A stretch of 64,000 nt of DNA from an uncultured Nitrospiraceae bacterium (GTDB lineage: Bacteria > Nitrospirota > Thermodesulfovibrionia > Thermodesulfovibrionales > UBA6898), in NCBI GenBank assembly GCA_963811165.1, contig CAWEQH010000001.1, positions 160,001 to 224,000 of the forward strand, given 5' to 3'. Below, in pieces: positions 1-10,379 of the stretch. The position numbers and the translations under genes are program-made. How positions within the stretch are numbered: position 1 is the first letter of the stretch; each line of letters begins with the position of its first letter. Below the pieces are notes generated by a model. That model did no database searches and had not been told where the DNA came from. It worked only from the letters and a program-made list of their open reading frames with translations.

Positions 1-104
1 TACATGGCAGGCCTCTTCCTAACAGCGCTCAGGCCTTTCAGTACCTTGATGTCCTCTGCGCCGTAGGATTCGGCGTCTTTTTGCGTCACGTTGTTATCTT
101 CCAT
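1..104 (-). CDS. gyrB: DNA gyrase subunit B, N-terminus (truncated by window edge)
   Basis: Manual translation MEDNNVTQKDAESYGAEDIKVLKGLSAVRKRPAMY; lies downstream of dnaA-dnaN. Confidence 0.95.
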   Translation of the reverse strand, partial: MEDNNVTQKDAESYGAEDIKVLKGLSAVRKRPAM

Positions 105-165
105 CGTACCTCTATATTGATAGTTTACTCTAAATTTTGCCCGGGTATCCCGGAACCGGCTTTCT

Positions 166-1268
166 CTAAATCCTCATCGGCATTATCACACAGCGGTAAT
201 CCTCGTCCTTCTCCTCTTTGATAAGGACCGGGCTCAAGGGCGCCTGCAGATCTAAGACCACCTTTTCAGAGGCCATCGCCTCAAGGATGTCTATAAGATA
301 CCGGGCGTTAAAACCAAGGGAGACCCCTTCCCCTGCATATTCCACTGCCAATTCGTCATGCGCCTCTCCCATATCAGGATTGGAAGAGGTAATCGCGATC
401 ATTCCATCTGAGAGGTCGAGCTTTACTGCATTCGACCGTTCCCTGGACATTATCGCCACTCTTCGCAGGGTCTTTACAAAAGCTTCTCTTAGGACAGTCA
501 CTCTTTTTTCGTTGGCTGAGGGAATCACCTGCTCATAATTGGGGTAAGTCCCTTCGATCAGCCTGGTAAGGAACTGTATCTCCCCTATGCTGAAAACAGG
601 ACATGGTTTTTGCAAAGAGTCATGCGGACATTGTTTTCGTGTTTATCGAGAAGTTTCCTCAGTTCTGCTGCGGCCTTCCTGGGGATTATGAGTTTCCTCT
701 CTTCCTTTATGCTCCCTGTGATATTTCTTTTTATCAAAGCAAGCCGGTGTCCGTCGGTCCCCACCACCGTGACACTGCCGTCAGTGAGGACATGAAAAAG
801 AAGACCGTTAAGGGTATACCTGGTATCGCTTTCTCCCGCCGCATAGACCGTCTTTTCTATTACCTCCGCCAGGACCTTTGCCCCCACCTCAATTTCTTCC
901 ATGTCCTCCATGCCCGGCCATGCAGGAAATTCCTTTGCGGACAGGCAAGCAAGTCTGAAGTTGCTTGCTCCGGCCTTGAGTTTCAGCCATTGTTCATCAA
1001 CCGATTCGAGCAACAGGTCGCCCTCGACCTCTCTTACGATCTCGAACATCTTCCTCGCAGGGATGCAGATTTTCCCTTCTTTTTCCACCTTTATCGCGAG
1101 GGGTTCCTTCAGTGCGGTATCGAGGTCGGTCGCAATGATAAATGAGCCCGCTTTTCCGGCGTCTAAGAGAAAATGGCTCAAAATAGGCATCGTGTTCCTC
1201 TTCTCGACAATATTCTGTATGTTCGAGAGCTTCGCCAGAATTTCGTCCTTGGAGACAATGATTTTCAT
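166..1268 (-). CDS. dnaN: DNA polymerase III beta clamp, split by an indel near 595
   Basis: ORF 585..1364 (ATDLD, GTDGHRL) plus ORF 166..615 (RLIEGTYPNY, FNARY, IMPMRI); AGGAGG RBS before ATG 1268. Confidence 0.95.
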
Positions 1269-1279
1269 ATAACCCCTCC

Positions 1280-2615
1280 TTAGTTCTTTATCTTCTGTAA
1301 AAGATTTTCCATCATTCTGTTGAAGGTTTCGTCCTTCGTCCTTCTCTCTTCTATCTGCTTGCACGCATAGATTACTGTTGCGTGGTCCTTCCCGCCGAAA
1401 TGCTTTCCTATATCGCTTAGCGATACATCAGTGACCTGTTTGCTCAGATACATCGCTACCTGCCGCGGCAGCGCGATGTCCTTTGTCCTTCTTTTGGCCT
1501 TTAATGTCAGCCAGGCTTATATTATAGAAATCGCATACAATTTTTTGGATCGCCTCGACCGTGACAGGTCTTTCGTCATCATGAATAATGTCTTTCAGGA
1601 TCTTCTTTGTCGTTTCGAGGTTGATCTCCTCGCCCGTAAGGGATGACTGCGCGGCAATCCGGATAAGGCAGCCCTCGAGCTCCCTTATGTTGGATCGTAT
1701 CTTGGCGGCAAGAAAATTGGCGACATCTTCCGGAATTTTTTTTAATGCCATCATGTCCGATTTTTTATATATGATGGCGAGCTTCGTCTCTATGTCGGGC
1801 GGCTGAATATCCGCGATAAGACCCATATTAAATCTCGACCTCAGCCGGTCGGTCACCTCGCTGATTTCCTTCGGGGGCCTGTCGCAGGAAATAACGATCT
1901 GTTTTTGTTTTTCGTACAGGGCGTTGAAGGTATAAAAAAACTCTTCCTGGGTCGCGGTTTTTTTTGCGATGAACTGCACATCATCAAGCAGGAGCAGGTC
2001 GAGGTTTCTGTATTTTTCCTTCAATTCGGCCATCTTGTCATGCCTGAGGGATGAAACGACTTCATTCGTAAACTGCTCCGAGGAGACGTAGAGGACCGAG
2101 AAGTCATTGCGGGAATCGAGCACCTTATTTCCTATGGCATGCATCAAATGGGTTTTTCCCAGCCCTACGCCGCCATAAATAAAAAGGGGATTATAGGTCT
2201 TCCCGGGAGAATCGGCAACCGCGATAGCGGCCGCATGGGCAAACTGATTGCTATTGCCCGTAATAAAATTCTCAAACGTATATTTCGGATTGAGATAGAT
2301 GCCTTTGCTGGCAAGTTTTATTCTTCTGTTTTCAAGTTTTTCTATAATTTTTTTCTGATTGTTCTGCTGCTTCTCCTCGATCCTGTACCGCAGCGTGACC
2401 GGATATCCCACCACCGTCTCGATCGACTCTTTAATGAGATTGGGATAGGAATCCTCGATCCATTCCTTAAAAAAGCGGTTGGGAATTTCGAGGGTGGCCG
2501 TCTGCTCCTTTAAATGAGAGAGCTTGATGGGCTTAAACCAGAGGTCATACACGGTGCCTCCTATTTTCCCCTCTATTTTCGAAAGACTCTTATTCCATAT
2601 TTCTTCTATGGTCAT
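1280..2615 (-). CDS. dnaA: Replication initiator DnaA, with an indel near 1500; domain IV continues in another frame to TAA 1280
   Basis: [31 protein letters not shown]; the shifted frame reads RQVAMYL...[16 protein letters not shown]. Confidence 0.97.
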
Positions 2616-2997
2616 GCGCTAGGCTGCCTTTATTAACATATTCTTAACAATTGTTAGTAACTCGTTCCGGAAGGTATGCTATTATATCCTAATTTGATAT
2701 TTCAGACAACATCCCTGTTGCTTTCGTGTCAGCATCCTGTGCTTTTTTTCCCCGGGGGCGATGTATTGGGAAGTCGGGCATTTTCTCAACACAGATTCAA
2801 GCCGCGTTTACCTTTATGAATCAATGTCTTTTATCTTTTTTCTCCTTACTGACATCCCCTACTACCACTACTGTTTTACTTACGTAAATAAGCAATAGAA
2901 AAGAGGACAATATTATCTTGACAGAAAGAATGTTGCGGCTTAATCTATTTTTCATGTTGTGTTTCCAATAACAAGGGGGAAGCGTTATCCCTAATTT
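2616..2997. other. Probable oriC
   Basis: AT-rich intergenic region next to dnaA with DnaA-box-like 9-mers (2630, 2641, 2652 reverse, 2783, 2846) and a box-GC-CTACTACCACTACT trio run-AT tract at 2846-2890. Confidence 0.75.
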
Positions 2998-3558
2998 TTG
3001 GACAAGGATACCTTGTTGAAAAAAAAATCGAAAACAGATATTGCTAAAATAGCGAATAATATCAAGCTCCTTATCCTCGATGTTGACGGGGTACTGACGG
3101 ACGGAAGTATCATTCTTGACAACAGGGGAAACGAGTATAAATCCTTTCACGTCCGGGACGGGCATGGAATAAAGATGTTGCTGCGGGCAGGTATTGTGGT
3201 AGCACTTATTACAGGCAGGAAATCCAAAGTTGTGGAAAGAAGGGCCCATGAGCTTGGCATAGAAGAGGTATATCAGAAGTGTTTTAACAAGCTGGCCGTA
3301 TATCGCACCCTCGCTGAAAAATACTTTCTTTCAGACAAAGAAGTGGCCTACATAGGTGATGATATCGTAGATGTGCCGGTAATGAAGAAGGTAGGCATGC
3401 CGGTCACAGTCGCCGATGCGGACAAGGGCGTGAAAAAGTATTCGTTGTTCATAACTAAAAACGGGGGCGGCAGAGGGGCGGTACGTGAGGTCACCGATCT
3501 TATTCTGACTTCAAAGGGCTTATGGAAAAGGATCATTGATGAGTACCTTGAGGCTTAA
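2998..3558 (+). CDS. kdsC: KDO 8-phosphate phosphatase (HAD family)
   Basis: LDVDGVLTDG, RDGHGI, YIGDDIVD, GGRGAVRE. Confidence 0.92.
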   Translation: MDKDTLLKKKSKTDIAKIANNIKLLILDVDGVLTDGSIILDNRGNEYKSFHVRDGHGIKMLLRAGIVVALITGRKSKVVERRAHELGIEEVYQKCFNKLAVYRTLAEKYFLSDKEVAYIGDDIVDVPVMKKVGMPVTVADADKGVKKYSLFITKNGGGRGAVREVTDLILTSKGLWKRIIDEYLEA

Positions 3559-4072
3559 TGCACCAACGGTACTTACCCTAAGCAGAATAGTACTCATCCC
3601 TTTTTTTGTTATATCAGTCTACCAACATCCTGTTCTTGGGGCCCTGGTCTTTAGCATTGCTTCGATCACTGATTTCCTGGACGGCTATCTTGCGCGACGC
3701 TCGGGCCAGGTTACCAAATTTGGTATTATCATGGACCCGATTGCAGATAAGTTCCTTATTATTTCGGCGCTCATCGTGCTTGTTGACATGGAGAGGATCA
3801 CTGCATGGATGGCAATTGTGCTTATTATGCGGGAATTTCTCATTACGGCCTTGCGGGTGGTCGCCCTTTCGAGAGATATAGTAATACCGGCTGAGATGGG
3901 GGGAAAGCTCAAGACGACCGCGCAGATCAGTGCAATCCTGTGTCTTATCCTTACCGGTAATTTTTTTATTATCGACCTTTACGATGTGGGGATTGTACTT
4001 ATCTGGGTTGCACTGGTATTGGCCGTTGTCTCCGGAGTGAAATATACGATTGCCTTTTGGAGAACTATTTGA
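3539..4072 (+). CDS. pgsA: CDP-diacylglycerol--glycerol-3-phosphate phosphatidyltransferase
   Basis: TDFLDGYLARR...GIIMDPIADK motif; hydrophobic. Confidence 0.93.
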   Translation: MSTLRLNAPTVLTLSRIVLIPFFVISVYQHPVLGALVFSIASITDFLDGYLARRSGQVTKFGIIMDPIADKFLIISALIVLVDMERITAWMAIVLIMREFLITALRVVALSRDIVIPAEMGGKLKTTAQISAILCLILTGNFFIIDLYDVGIVLIWVALVLAVVSGVKYTIAFWRTI

Positions 4073-4647
4073 AAATTGTGCTATTGTCGGCTCTTGCTTT
4101 TTTGCTGGGGTCTTTGCCTACCGGCTTGATTGTGGCAAGAATAAAGGGCGTGGACCTTAAAAATGCCGGAAGCGGCAACATAGGGGCCACGAATGTATTA
4201 AGAACCACAGGAAAGGGAGCTGCCCTTCTTACGCTGGCGGGGGACTCGTTGAAAGGTGTGTGTGCCGTCCTTATAGCCAGATACTTCGGCTCCGGGGTTT
4301 TATTTGAGGGGCTGGTGGGCCTCTGTGCGGTACTTGGGCATAATTTTTCCCTTTTTTTGAAGTTCAAAGGCGGCAAGGGTGTTGCTACGAGTTTAGGGGT
4401 GCTCACTATTTATTCTCCACAAACAGGGCTTTTTACTATTATAATATGGCTGATGACAGTTCTCATTACCAGATATTCTTCTCTCGGGGCCCTCGTTTCA
4501 TTCGGTCTATTGCCTCTGAGCGCATTGGTTCTTGACTCGCGCGAGAAGATGCCGGTTCTTTTGGCCTTGACGGTACTGATATTTATACGCCACAGGGACA
4601 ATATAAGCCGTATCATGAAAGGTACGGAGCCCAGGGTCGGTGCCTGA
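4057..4647 (+). CDS. plsY: Glycerol-3-phosphate acyltransferase
   Basis: GSGNIGATN, GGKGVAT, RHRDNISR...GTE; the start may be TTG 4069. Confidence 0.95.
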   Translation: MENYLKIVLLSALAFLLGSLPTGLIVARIKGVDLKNAGSGNIGATNVLRTTGKGAALLTLAGDSLKGVCAVLIARYFGSGVLFEGLVGLCAVLGHNFSLFLKFKGGKGVATSLGVLTIYSPQTGLFTIIIWLMTVLITRYSSLGALVSFGLLPLSALVLDSREKMPVLLALTVLIFIRHRDNISRIMKGTEPRVGA

Positions 4648-4649
4648 AT

Positions 4650-6344
4650 ATGAGATGGGCCACGTTTTTCTTATTTTTGTCTGTCGTTTTTCAGCCATCG
4701 ATTTCGTTTTGCGATGATTTTTTCGAGGGCCAATTAAACAAGGGCATCAAAAACTCCGATACGTATTCATATGTCTTGATGGAAAAGGCCCATCAGGACA
4801 GGGCACATGCGGTTGAACTGCTGAGGAGGGCCCTTCTGTATTCTCCCGATCTCCCCGCCGTATATTTCGAGTTGTCTAAGGCCGTCTTTTCTTTCTCGGC
4901 CGATGGGATTTTAAACAGCATCGATTACATAGTACAGGGCATAGATGCCTATTCGAGAAATTTTTGGTGGTCTTTTACCCTTGCGGGTTGCCTTTTTTTT
5001 GGCGGGATCATTTCACTTGTGGTTGCAGTTTCGCTGATTGTTATCATAAGACTGTTTACTGACATTCCCCTTGTCTCCCACGATATAGAGGAGACTTTTT
5101 CGAGGGGACTGATCCTGGTCGTTATTATGGCCCTTTCGCTGGCAAGTCCCCTTTTGTTTATTGGGGGGACCCTGATACTTCTTGGCATCTATATGAAAAA
5201 ATACGACAGATCCATAGTGTATCTGTTCCTTCTTTTCCTGGCCTTTTATCCGGTTTTTTCCAAGATGGCAACGACGTATGTCAGGACCTCGTCATCGGGA
5301 ATCGTAAAGGCGATTGTGAAAGTAAACGAGGGGAAAGACAGCGATTATGCGATTTCGGTGTTGAAAGACAACAAGGACTACGCCCCTCTTTATTCCTATG
5401 CGCTGGCCTTGAAGAGGAAAGGGCGCTATGAAGAAGCGATAGCCGTTTACAAAAGGTTGCTTGAAATCAAACGTGACGCGGGGGTCTACGTGAATCTTGG
5501 CAACTGTTATGTAGGTCTGTATAATTTCGAGGAAGGAAAAAGGTCAATCCTCCAGCAAGCGACAGAGTCATATACCGCCGCGATAGGCGTGAAACCTCTT
5601 CCTTCTGCGTATTATAACCTCTCGCAGGTTTCTCGTGAGATGCTCGATTTTACTGCCGGCGAGCAGTTTTTTAAGTCGGCGCTCGCTGTTGACAGGGTGG
5701 CAGTAGCGGGATATAGGGCAATAGCCGGCAGGAACGTAAACAGGTTCGTAATAGACGAGACACTCACGCCTCCGGAAATCTGGGATTTTGTGTTTACGCG
5801 GTTTTATACCTCCTCCTCCTCTGTGCTCGCCTCGGTTGCGCCTTGGGCGATTTCCTTGGCTGCGGTAATCCTGTTCATTCTTTTCTATATTCTGGATACG
5901 CTCTGGCATCAACATTCTTTCAGATGCAGAAAGTGCGGCACGATTCTCTGTTTTAAATGTGAAAAAAGAATCATGTGGGGAGAGATGTGTCCCCAATGTT
6001 TCGGGTCCCTCGTAAAACTCGATGAACTCGACGTGAAAGAGAGGGTCTCCTGGCTTTTGGGTATTTACGAGCAGCAGCGCAGACACAGGGACACGATGAA
6101 GGTCTTGTCTTTTACTTTTCCGGGTCTTACCTATATTTATGCGGGGAGAATATTGGCGGGTTTCCTTTTTCTCTGGCCTTTCTTATTCTTTCTGCTGCTC
6201 TTGGTAACTCTCAAGACATTCGTCCCCGATAGTCATTTGATATCTCACGGCTTTTTCAAGTGGGCGGCGCTATGGATCAGCGCGGGGTTCTATCTTATTT
6301 CTCATTACTTTACAAAAAAGAGGATTGCAAAGGGATGGCTTTAG
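4650..6344 (+). CDS. TPR-containing multi-pass membrane protein with a Cys-rich Zn-finger
   Basis: Signal peptide, TM stretches, TPR-like GRYEEAIAVYKR/YVNLGNCY, CRKCGTILCFKC...CPQC. Confidence 0.7.
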   Translation: MRWATFFLFLSVVFQPSISFCDDFFEGQLNKGIKNSDTYSYVLMEKAHQDRAHAVELLRRALLYSPDLPAVYFELSKAVFSFSADGILNSIDYIVQGIDAYSRNFWWSFTLAGCLFFGGIISLVVAVSLIVIIRLFTDIPLVSHDIEETFSRGLILVVIMALSLASPLLFIGGTLILLGIYMKKYDRSIVYLFLLFLAFYPVFSKMATTYVRTSSSGIVKAIVKVNEGKDSDYAISVLKDNKDYAPLYSYALALKRKGRYEEAIAVYKRLLEIKRDAGVYVNLGNCYVGLYNFEEGKRSILQQATESYTAAIGVKPLPSAYYNLSQVSREMLDFTAGEQFFKSALAVDRVAVAGYRAIAGRNVNRFVIDETLTPPEIWDFVFTRFYTSSSSVLASVAPWAISLAAVILFILFYILDTLWHQHSFRCRKCGTILCFKCEKRIMWGEMCPQCFGSLVKLDELDVKERVSWLLGIYEQQRRHRDTMKVLSFTFPGLTYIYAGRILAGFLFLWPFLFFLLLLVTLKTFVPDSHLISHGFFKWAALWISAGFYLISHYFTKKRIAKGWL

Positions 6345-7390
6345 AAGGATCTTTAACCGATTTCGGACTGGCGGACATTCTTCAACTTATTTATTTTCAG
6401 CGTAAGACCGGCATACTGACGCTTGACGGCAAGCTTGACAAGATCAAATTACTCTTTATGGACGGCAACGTCGTCGGCGCGGAATCAAAGCGAAGAATCG
6501 ATGACAACCGGCTTGGCAAGATTTTGCTTAAACGAAGGCTCATTGGGGAAGGCGATCTTGAAGCCGCACTGGAAGAACAGAAAAAAACGAAGGCGAAGCT
6601 TGGGACTATTATTGTTCAAAAAGAATTCGTCGACAAGGGGATCGTTGGGGACATTATCAACAGCCAGATAACGGAAACAGTGATACAGATCTTCAACTGG
6701 AAACAGGGCACCTATGAATTTACTTCTCAGGGCATTCCCCAAGACAAAGTGCTCTCTACATCTCTTGACACGCAACATCTGCTTATGGAAGGGCTAAGAA
6801 TCGTCGACGAATGGTCTCTGATAAGGGGAAGGATTACGCTCGATACCGTCTTTAGGAAGCGCGGAGAGGGCATATCGGATCTGAATGAGGAAGAGGTTGA
6901 AATCTTAAAGTATGTAGACGGAGAAAATGACGTGAGCACTATTATTGACCTGAGCGGAGGGGATAATTTCCAGATTTCAAAAACTCTTCTTTCGCTGATG
7001 GAAAGGGGGGTTGTCGAAGAAGCTGAATTGGCCCCTCTTATTTCGGAGGCTGAAGCTGAAGCGGTTAAAAAGAGAAAGTCCTTGCCTCCGATGAGGTTGC
7101 TGGTTTCTGCGGCGCTCTGCATATCATTGATCCTTTCGGTGTCTGTCACGGCATTTAGTAAAGGGGGCCTTTCCAAGGAGTTTAAGGCCGGTGGAATGCT
7201 TGATAAGATAAGGTTTACCATTGAGACCTACAAACTTGAGCATTCGAGTTATCCCCCCAGCCTTGATATTATTTCGAACGAGAGAGATCCTTGGGGACAT
7301 CCGTTTATATACAGGGTTTCAGATGATTCATTCTTTCTTGCAAGCGCCGGGGCTGACGGGAAAGAAGGGACCGGGGATGACATTTACTGA
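6335..7390 (+). CDS. DUF4388 protein with MshEN-like repeats, a TM helix and a GspG-like C-terminal domain
   Basis: MALEGSLTDFGLADILQLI; RLGKILL..LEAALEEQ; DPWGHPFIY..SAGADGKEGTGDDI. Confidence 0.75.
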   Translation: MALEGSLTDFGLADILQLIYFQRKTGILTLDGKLDKIKLLFMDGNVVGAESKRRIDDNRLGKILLKRRLIGEGDLEAALEEQKKTKAKLGTIIVQKEFVDKGIVGDIINSQITETVIQIFNWKQGTYEFTSQGIPQDKVLSTSLDTQHLLMEGLRIVDEWSLIRGRITLDTVFRKRGEGISDLNEEEVEILKYVDGENDVSTIIDLSGGDNFQISKTLLSLMERGVVEEAELAPLISEAEAEAVKKRKSLPPMRLLVSAALCISLILSVSVTAFSKGGLSKEFKAGGMLDKIRFTIETYKLEHSSYPPSLDIISNERDPWGHPFIYRVSDDSFFLASAGADGKEGTGDDIY

Positions 7391-7458
7391 GCATCCGAAA
7401 TTGTTGTTCCATTCGCCGAAAAAAATGTGCGTGATGATTTGTCGGAAAAAATAATTCG

Positions 7459-8319
7459 ATGCAGTTGAAGTCTTTAGCGCACGGGCAGAACTGCAGGGCT
7501 GTGGTGCTCTTGAGCGGGGGGGTCGATTCCTCGACTGCCCTGGCCATAGCGAAAGCAGAGGGGTACAAGGTGCATGCCCTAAGTTTTAATTACAATCAGA
7601 GGCACGGGGTGGAACTCGCATTTGCAAAGAGGATAGCGTCTTCTTTGAAAGTTGAAAGGCACCTCGTCACGGAATTCGATCTTAGGGAGATAGGGGGGTC
7701 GGCGCTTACGTCCGATATTGAGGTGCCAAAGGAAAGTGCTGAGGCGCAAAAACGGGTAAGCGCAAAAGACAGAGATTTTGCGGAGACGTCTTCTCACTTT
7801 CCGAGCGAGCAGACGCACGGCCTTATTCCTGTCACGTACGTCCCCGCGAGGAATACGATATTTCTTTCAGTGGCCCTCGCCTGGGCCGAGGTGCTTGAAG
7901 CTGAAAGCATCTTCATTGGAGCGAATGCGGTCGATTACAGCGGATATCCGGACTGCAGGCCCGAGTACTTGAGGGCCTTTGAAGATATGGCTAATCTTGC
8001 GACAAAGGTGTCGGTAGAGGGGAGATTGAAATTCAGGATTAGGGCCCCGCTCATTTCCATGAAGAAGTCTGAGATAATAAGAAAAGGTATCGAACTCGGT
8101 TTGGATTATTCTCTCACATGGAGTTGTTATGACCCGCAAGTCACCGGTGGGGGAGGAGGGCCGGAAGGGCGGGGATCTGCAGATACGGTGAAAGTGTTAT
8201 CTTCGGATCTTGAGGAGGTCAGCGCCATGGTCAGGCCATGCGGCCGCTGTGACAGCTGCAGGCTTCGTGAGAAGGGCTTTTTTGAGGCGGGCATTGAGGA
8301 CCCGGGAAGGAAGTCATAG
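7459..8319 (+). CDS. queC: 7-cyano-7-deazaguanine synthase, with two loop insertions
   Basis: [35 protein letters not shown]. Confidence 0.95.
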   Translation: MQLKSLAHGQNCRAVVLLSGGVDSSTALAIAKAEGYKVHALSFNYNQRHGVELAFAKRIASSLKVERHLVTEFDLREIGGSALTSDIEVPKESAEAQKRVSAKDRDFAETSSHFPSEQTHGLIPVTYVPARNTIFLSVALAWAEVLEAESIFIGANAVDYSGYPDCRPEYLRAFEDMANLATKVSVEGRLKFRIRAPLISMKKSEIIRKGIELGLDYSLTWSCYDPQVTGGGGGPEGRGSADTVKVLSSDLEEVSAMVRPCGRCDSCRLREKGFFEAGIEDPGRKS

Positions 8320-8370
8320 CAATGAGGGTTAATCTTTGATACTATAGCAAATAAATTTTGAGGAGGGCAG

Positions 8371-8649
8371 ATGGAAGAAAAACTTTCTCATGAGGAGTTT
8401 GTAAAAAGGGCCATTGTGAGTCTGAGGAAAGAGGGATTTAAGGGCATACATTCGGTTTACTCGGGGTTCAACGAGGCATTCAAGAAATATTTTGGCGATG
8501 AGAACCCGGTCGACGCGACAAATAAACTTGCCGCCGAGGGCAAGATCGTTATCAGGCCGGTTAAGGGGGGTGTCATGTTATATATGCCGGAAGATGCTCC
8601 CGGCTCGGGAGGTGCGGAGCAGGTACTGAAGAAGATGGGGCTCGGCTAA
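8371..8649 (+). CDS. Small conserved-looking hypothetical protein
   Basis: AGGAGG RBS; 2 nt from selA; motif KGIHSVYSGFNEAF. Confidence 0.7.
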   Translation: MEEKLSHEEFVKRAIVSLRKEGFKGIHSVYSGFNEAFKKYFGDENPVDATNKLAAEGKIVIRPVKGGVMLYMPEDAPGSGGAEQVLKKMGLG

Positions 8650-8651
8650 GA

Positions 8652-10055
8652 GTGGAAAAGACCGGCAAGAACAAGCTTCTTTCCAATCTTCCGTCAGTGG
8701 ATGAGATTCTCAAGAGCTCAGACGGACAGAGATGGCTTTCGCAGTTTCAGAGGAAGATTGTGCTCGATGCTGTCAGGGAAGTGATCGCACTGAGGAGAAG
8801 CGGAATTCTTAAGGGCAAGACGGCAGATATTTCCCCGGCGGTCCTTTCGGCGGAGATCGAGCAGACGATTGTCAGCCTTTCATCCTTTAGCCTTCTGCCT
8901 CTTATCAACGCAACGGGAATAGTTATCCACACGAATCTTGGCAGGGCGGTGCTTTCAGAGAAGGTCCTCGATAATGTGAGTGCGGCAGGCAGCCATTATT
9001 CAACTCTGGAGTACGACCTCGCAAGCGGAAAGAGGGGGCGGCGGCATACTCACACAAAAAGATTGCTTACTGCTGTTACCGGCGCCGAGGATGCTCTTAT
9101 TGTCAATAATAATGCGGCCGCGGTGCTATTATGTCTGAACACTATGGCAAGGGGCAAGGAGGTCATTGTCTCCAGGGGCGAGCTTGTAGAAATCGGAGGT
9201 TCTTTCCGGATCCCGGACGTAATGTCCGCAAGCGGGGCCGTTTTGCGGGAGGTCGGAACGACGAACAAAACACATCTCCATGATTATACAAATGCGGTCA
9301 ATGACAACACCGCCCTGATTCTCAAGGTACACCAGTCGAACTATAAGATAACGGGATTTACAGAAGGAGTGCCGATTGAAGACCTCGTGTCGCTCGGCAG
9401 GCAGCGGGACCTTCCGGTCATGTATGACCTTGGCAGTGGCTGTCTTATAGACCTGAAACCCTATGGGATTTATGATGAACCTTCCGTCTCCGATATTGTA
9501 GGGGCGGATGTCGATATTGTATCGTTCAGTGGAGACAAACTTCTCGGAGGTCCGCAGGGAGGGATCATTGTCGGGAAGAAACAATATACGGAAAAGATCC
9601 AGAAAAATCCGCTGGCAAGGGCGGTAAGGATTGATAAGCTTGCAATAGCCGCTTTCGAGGCTACGCTCATGGAATACCTTGACGTCGAAAAGGCAAAAAA
9701 GGAGATACCTGTATTGAATATGTTGCTTCAGTCTCCAGCTGAAATACAGGCAAGGGCTAAGAAGATTGCCTCTGAACTTCAGAAGATAGCCGGAGATGCG
9801 AGTGTTTCCGTGGTGCGTGATTCCTCTAAGGCGGGTGGAGGCTCGCTTCCGGAGGTTGCTTTTCCGACATATGCAGTCTCTGTAAGACCCGCCGGACTCT
9901 CCGTCAATGAAGTGGAGGCAAGGCTGCGGAGCAGTTCCCCTCCGGTCATCGCCAGGATCAAGGATGATTCGCTCATGTTGGACGCCAGAACCATAAGAAA
10001 GCAGGAGATTAACGATCTCGTGAGGGTCGTTGCTTCTTCCCTGTCCTTGGAATGA
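8652..10055 (+). CDS. selA: L-seryl-tRNA(Sec) selenium transferase
   Basis: INATGIVIHTNLGRA, EIGGSFRIP, FSGDKLLGGPQ. Confidence 0.97.
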   Translation: MEKTGKNKLLSNLPSVDEILKSSDGQRWLSQFQRKIVLDAVREVIALRRSGILKGKTADISPAVLSAEIEQTIVSLSSFSLLPLINATGIVIHTNLGRAVLSEKVLDNVSAAGSHYSTLEYDLASGKRGRRHTHTKRLLTAVTGAEDALIVNNNAAAVLLCLNTMARGKEVIVSRGELVEIGGSFRIPDVMSASGAVLREVGTTNKTHLHDYTNAVNDNTALILKVHQSNYKITGFTEGVPIEDLVSLGRQRDLPVMYDLGSGCLIDLKPYGIYDEPSVSDIVGADVDIVSFSGDKLLGGPQGGIIVGKKQYTEKIQKNPLARAVRIDKLAIAAFEATLMEYLDVEKAKKEIPVLNMLLQSPAEIQARAKKIASELQKIAGDASVSVVRDSSKAGGGSLPEVAFPTYAVSVRPAGLSVNEVEARLRSSSPPVIARIKDDSLMLDARTIRKQEINDLVRVVASSLSLE

Positions 10056-10064
10056 GCAGTTCTA

Positions 10065-10379
10065 TCAAATTCCGCCGAGCTTCCTAAGGATAAGAGCGGA
10101 AAGCATGAATTTAGGAAATTCTTCTTCCTTTACTTTTTTGTAAAAATCGCAAATTTCGCAGCTCTTATACTTCTGCGCAAAAGAGCCTTGAATCTCTCCT
10201 TTGCATAAAGTCCCCGCAATTACCCAGCAACTTCTGCCGCCATTTTTTCCTCCATGGGTGCCGGCTAGTTTTTTTTCCATAGCTGCCGGACATGTGCCCA
10301 GGTCATGAGTATGAGATCCCCCGGGTTGCCTGCCGCATTTCTTAAATTCCCAGCAGTTAATCTTGACTTTGTTGTCCAC
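10065..10379 (-). CDS. Two-CW-domain small Cys-rich protein
   Basis: NCWEFKKC...CPA...CWVIAGTLC...CEICDFY; GGAGG RBS before GTG 10379. Confidence 0.75.
   Translation of the reverse strand: MDNKVKINCWEFKKCGRQPGGSHTHDLGTCPAAMEKKLAGTHGGKNGGRSCWVIAGTLCKGEIQGSFAQKYKSCEICDFYKKVKEEEFPKFMLSALILRKLGGI

Noticed and set aside
166..2615. Frameshifts in dnaA and dnaN as pseudogenes or programmed frameshifting
   Set aside because: These are essential genes, the indels lie in short homopolymers and both sides are conserved; consensus errors are most likely
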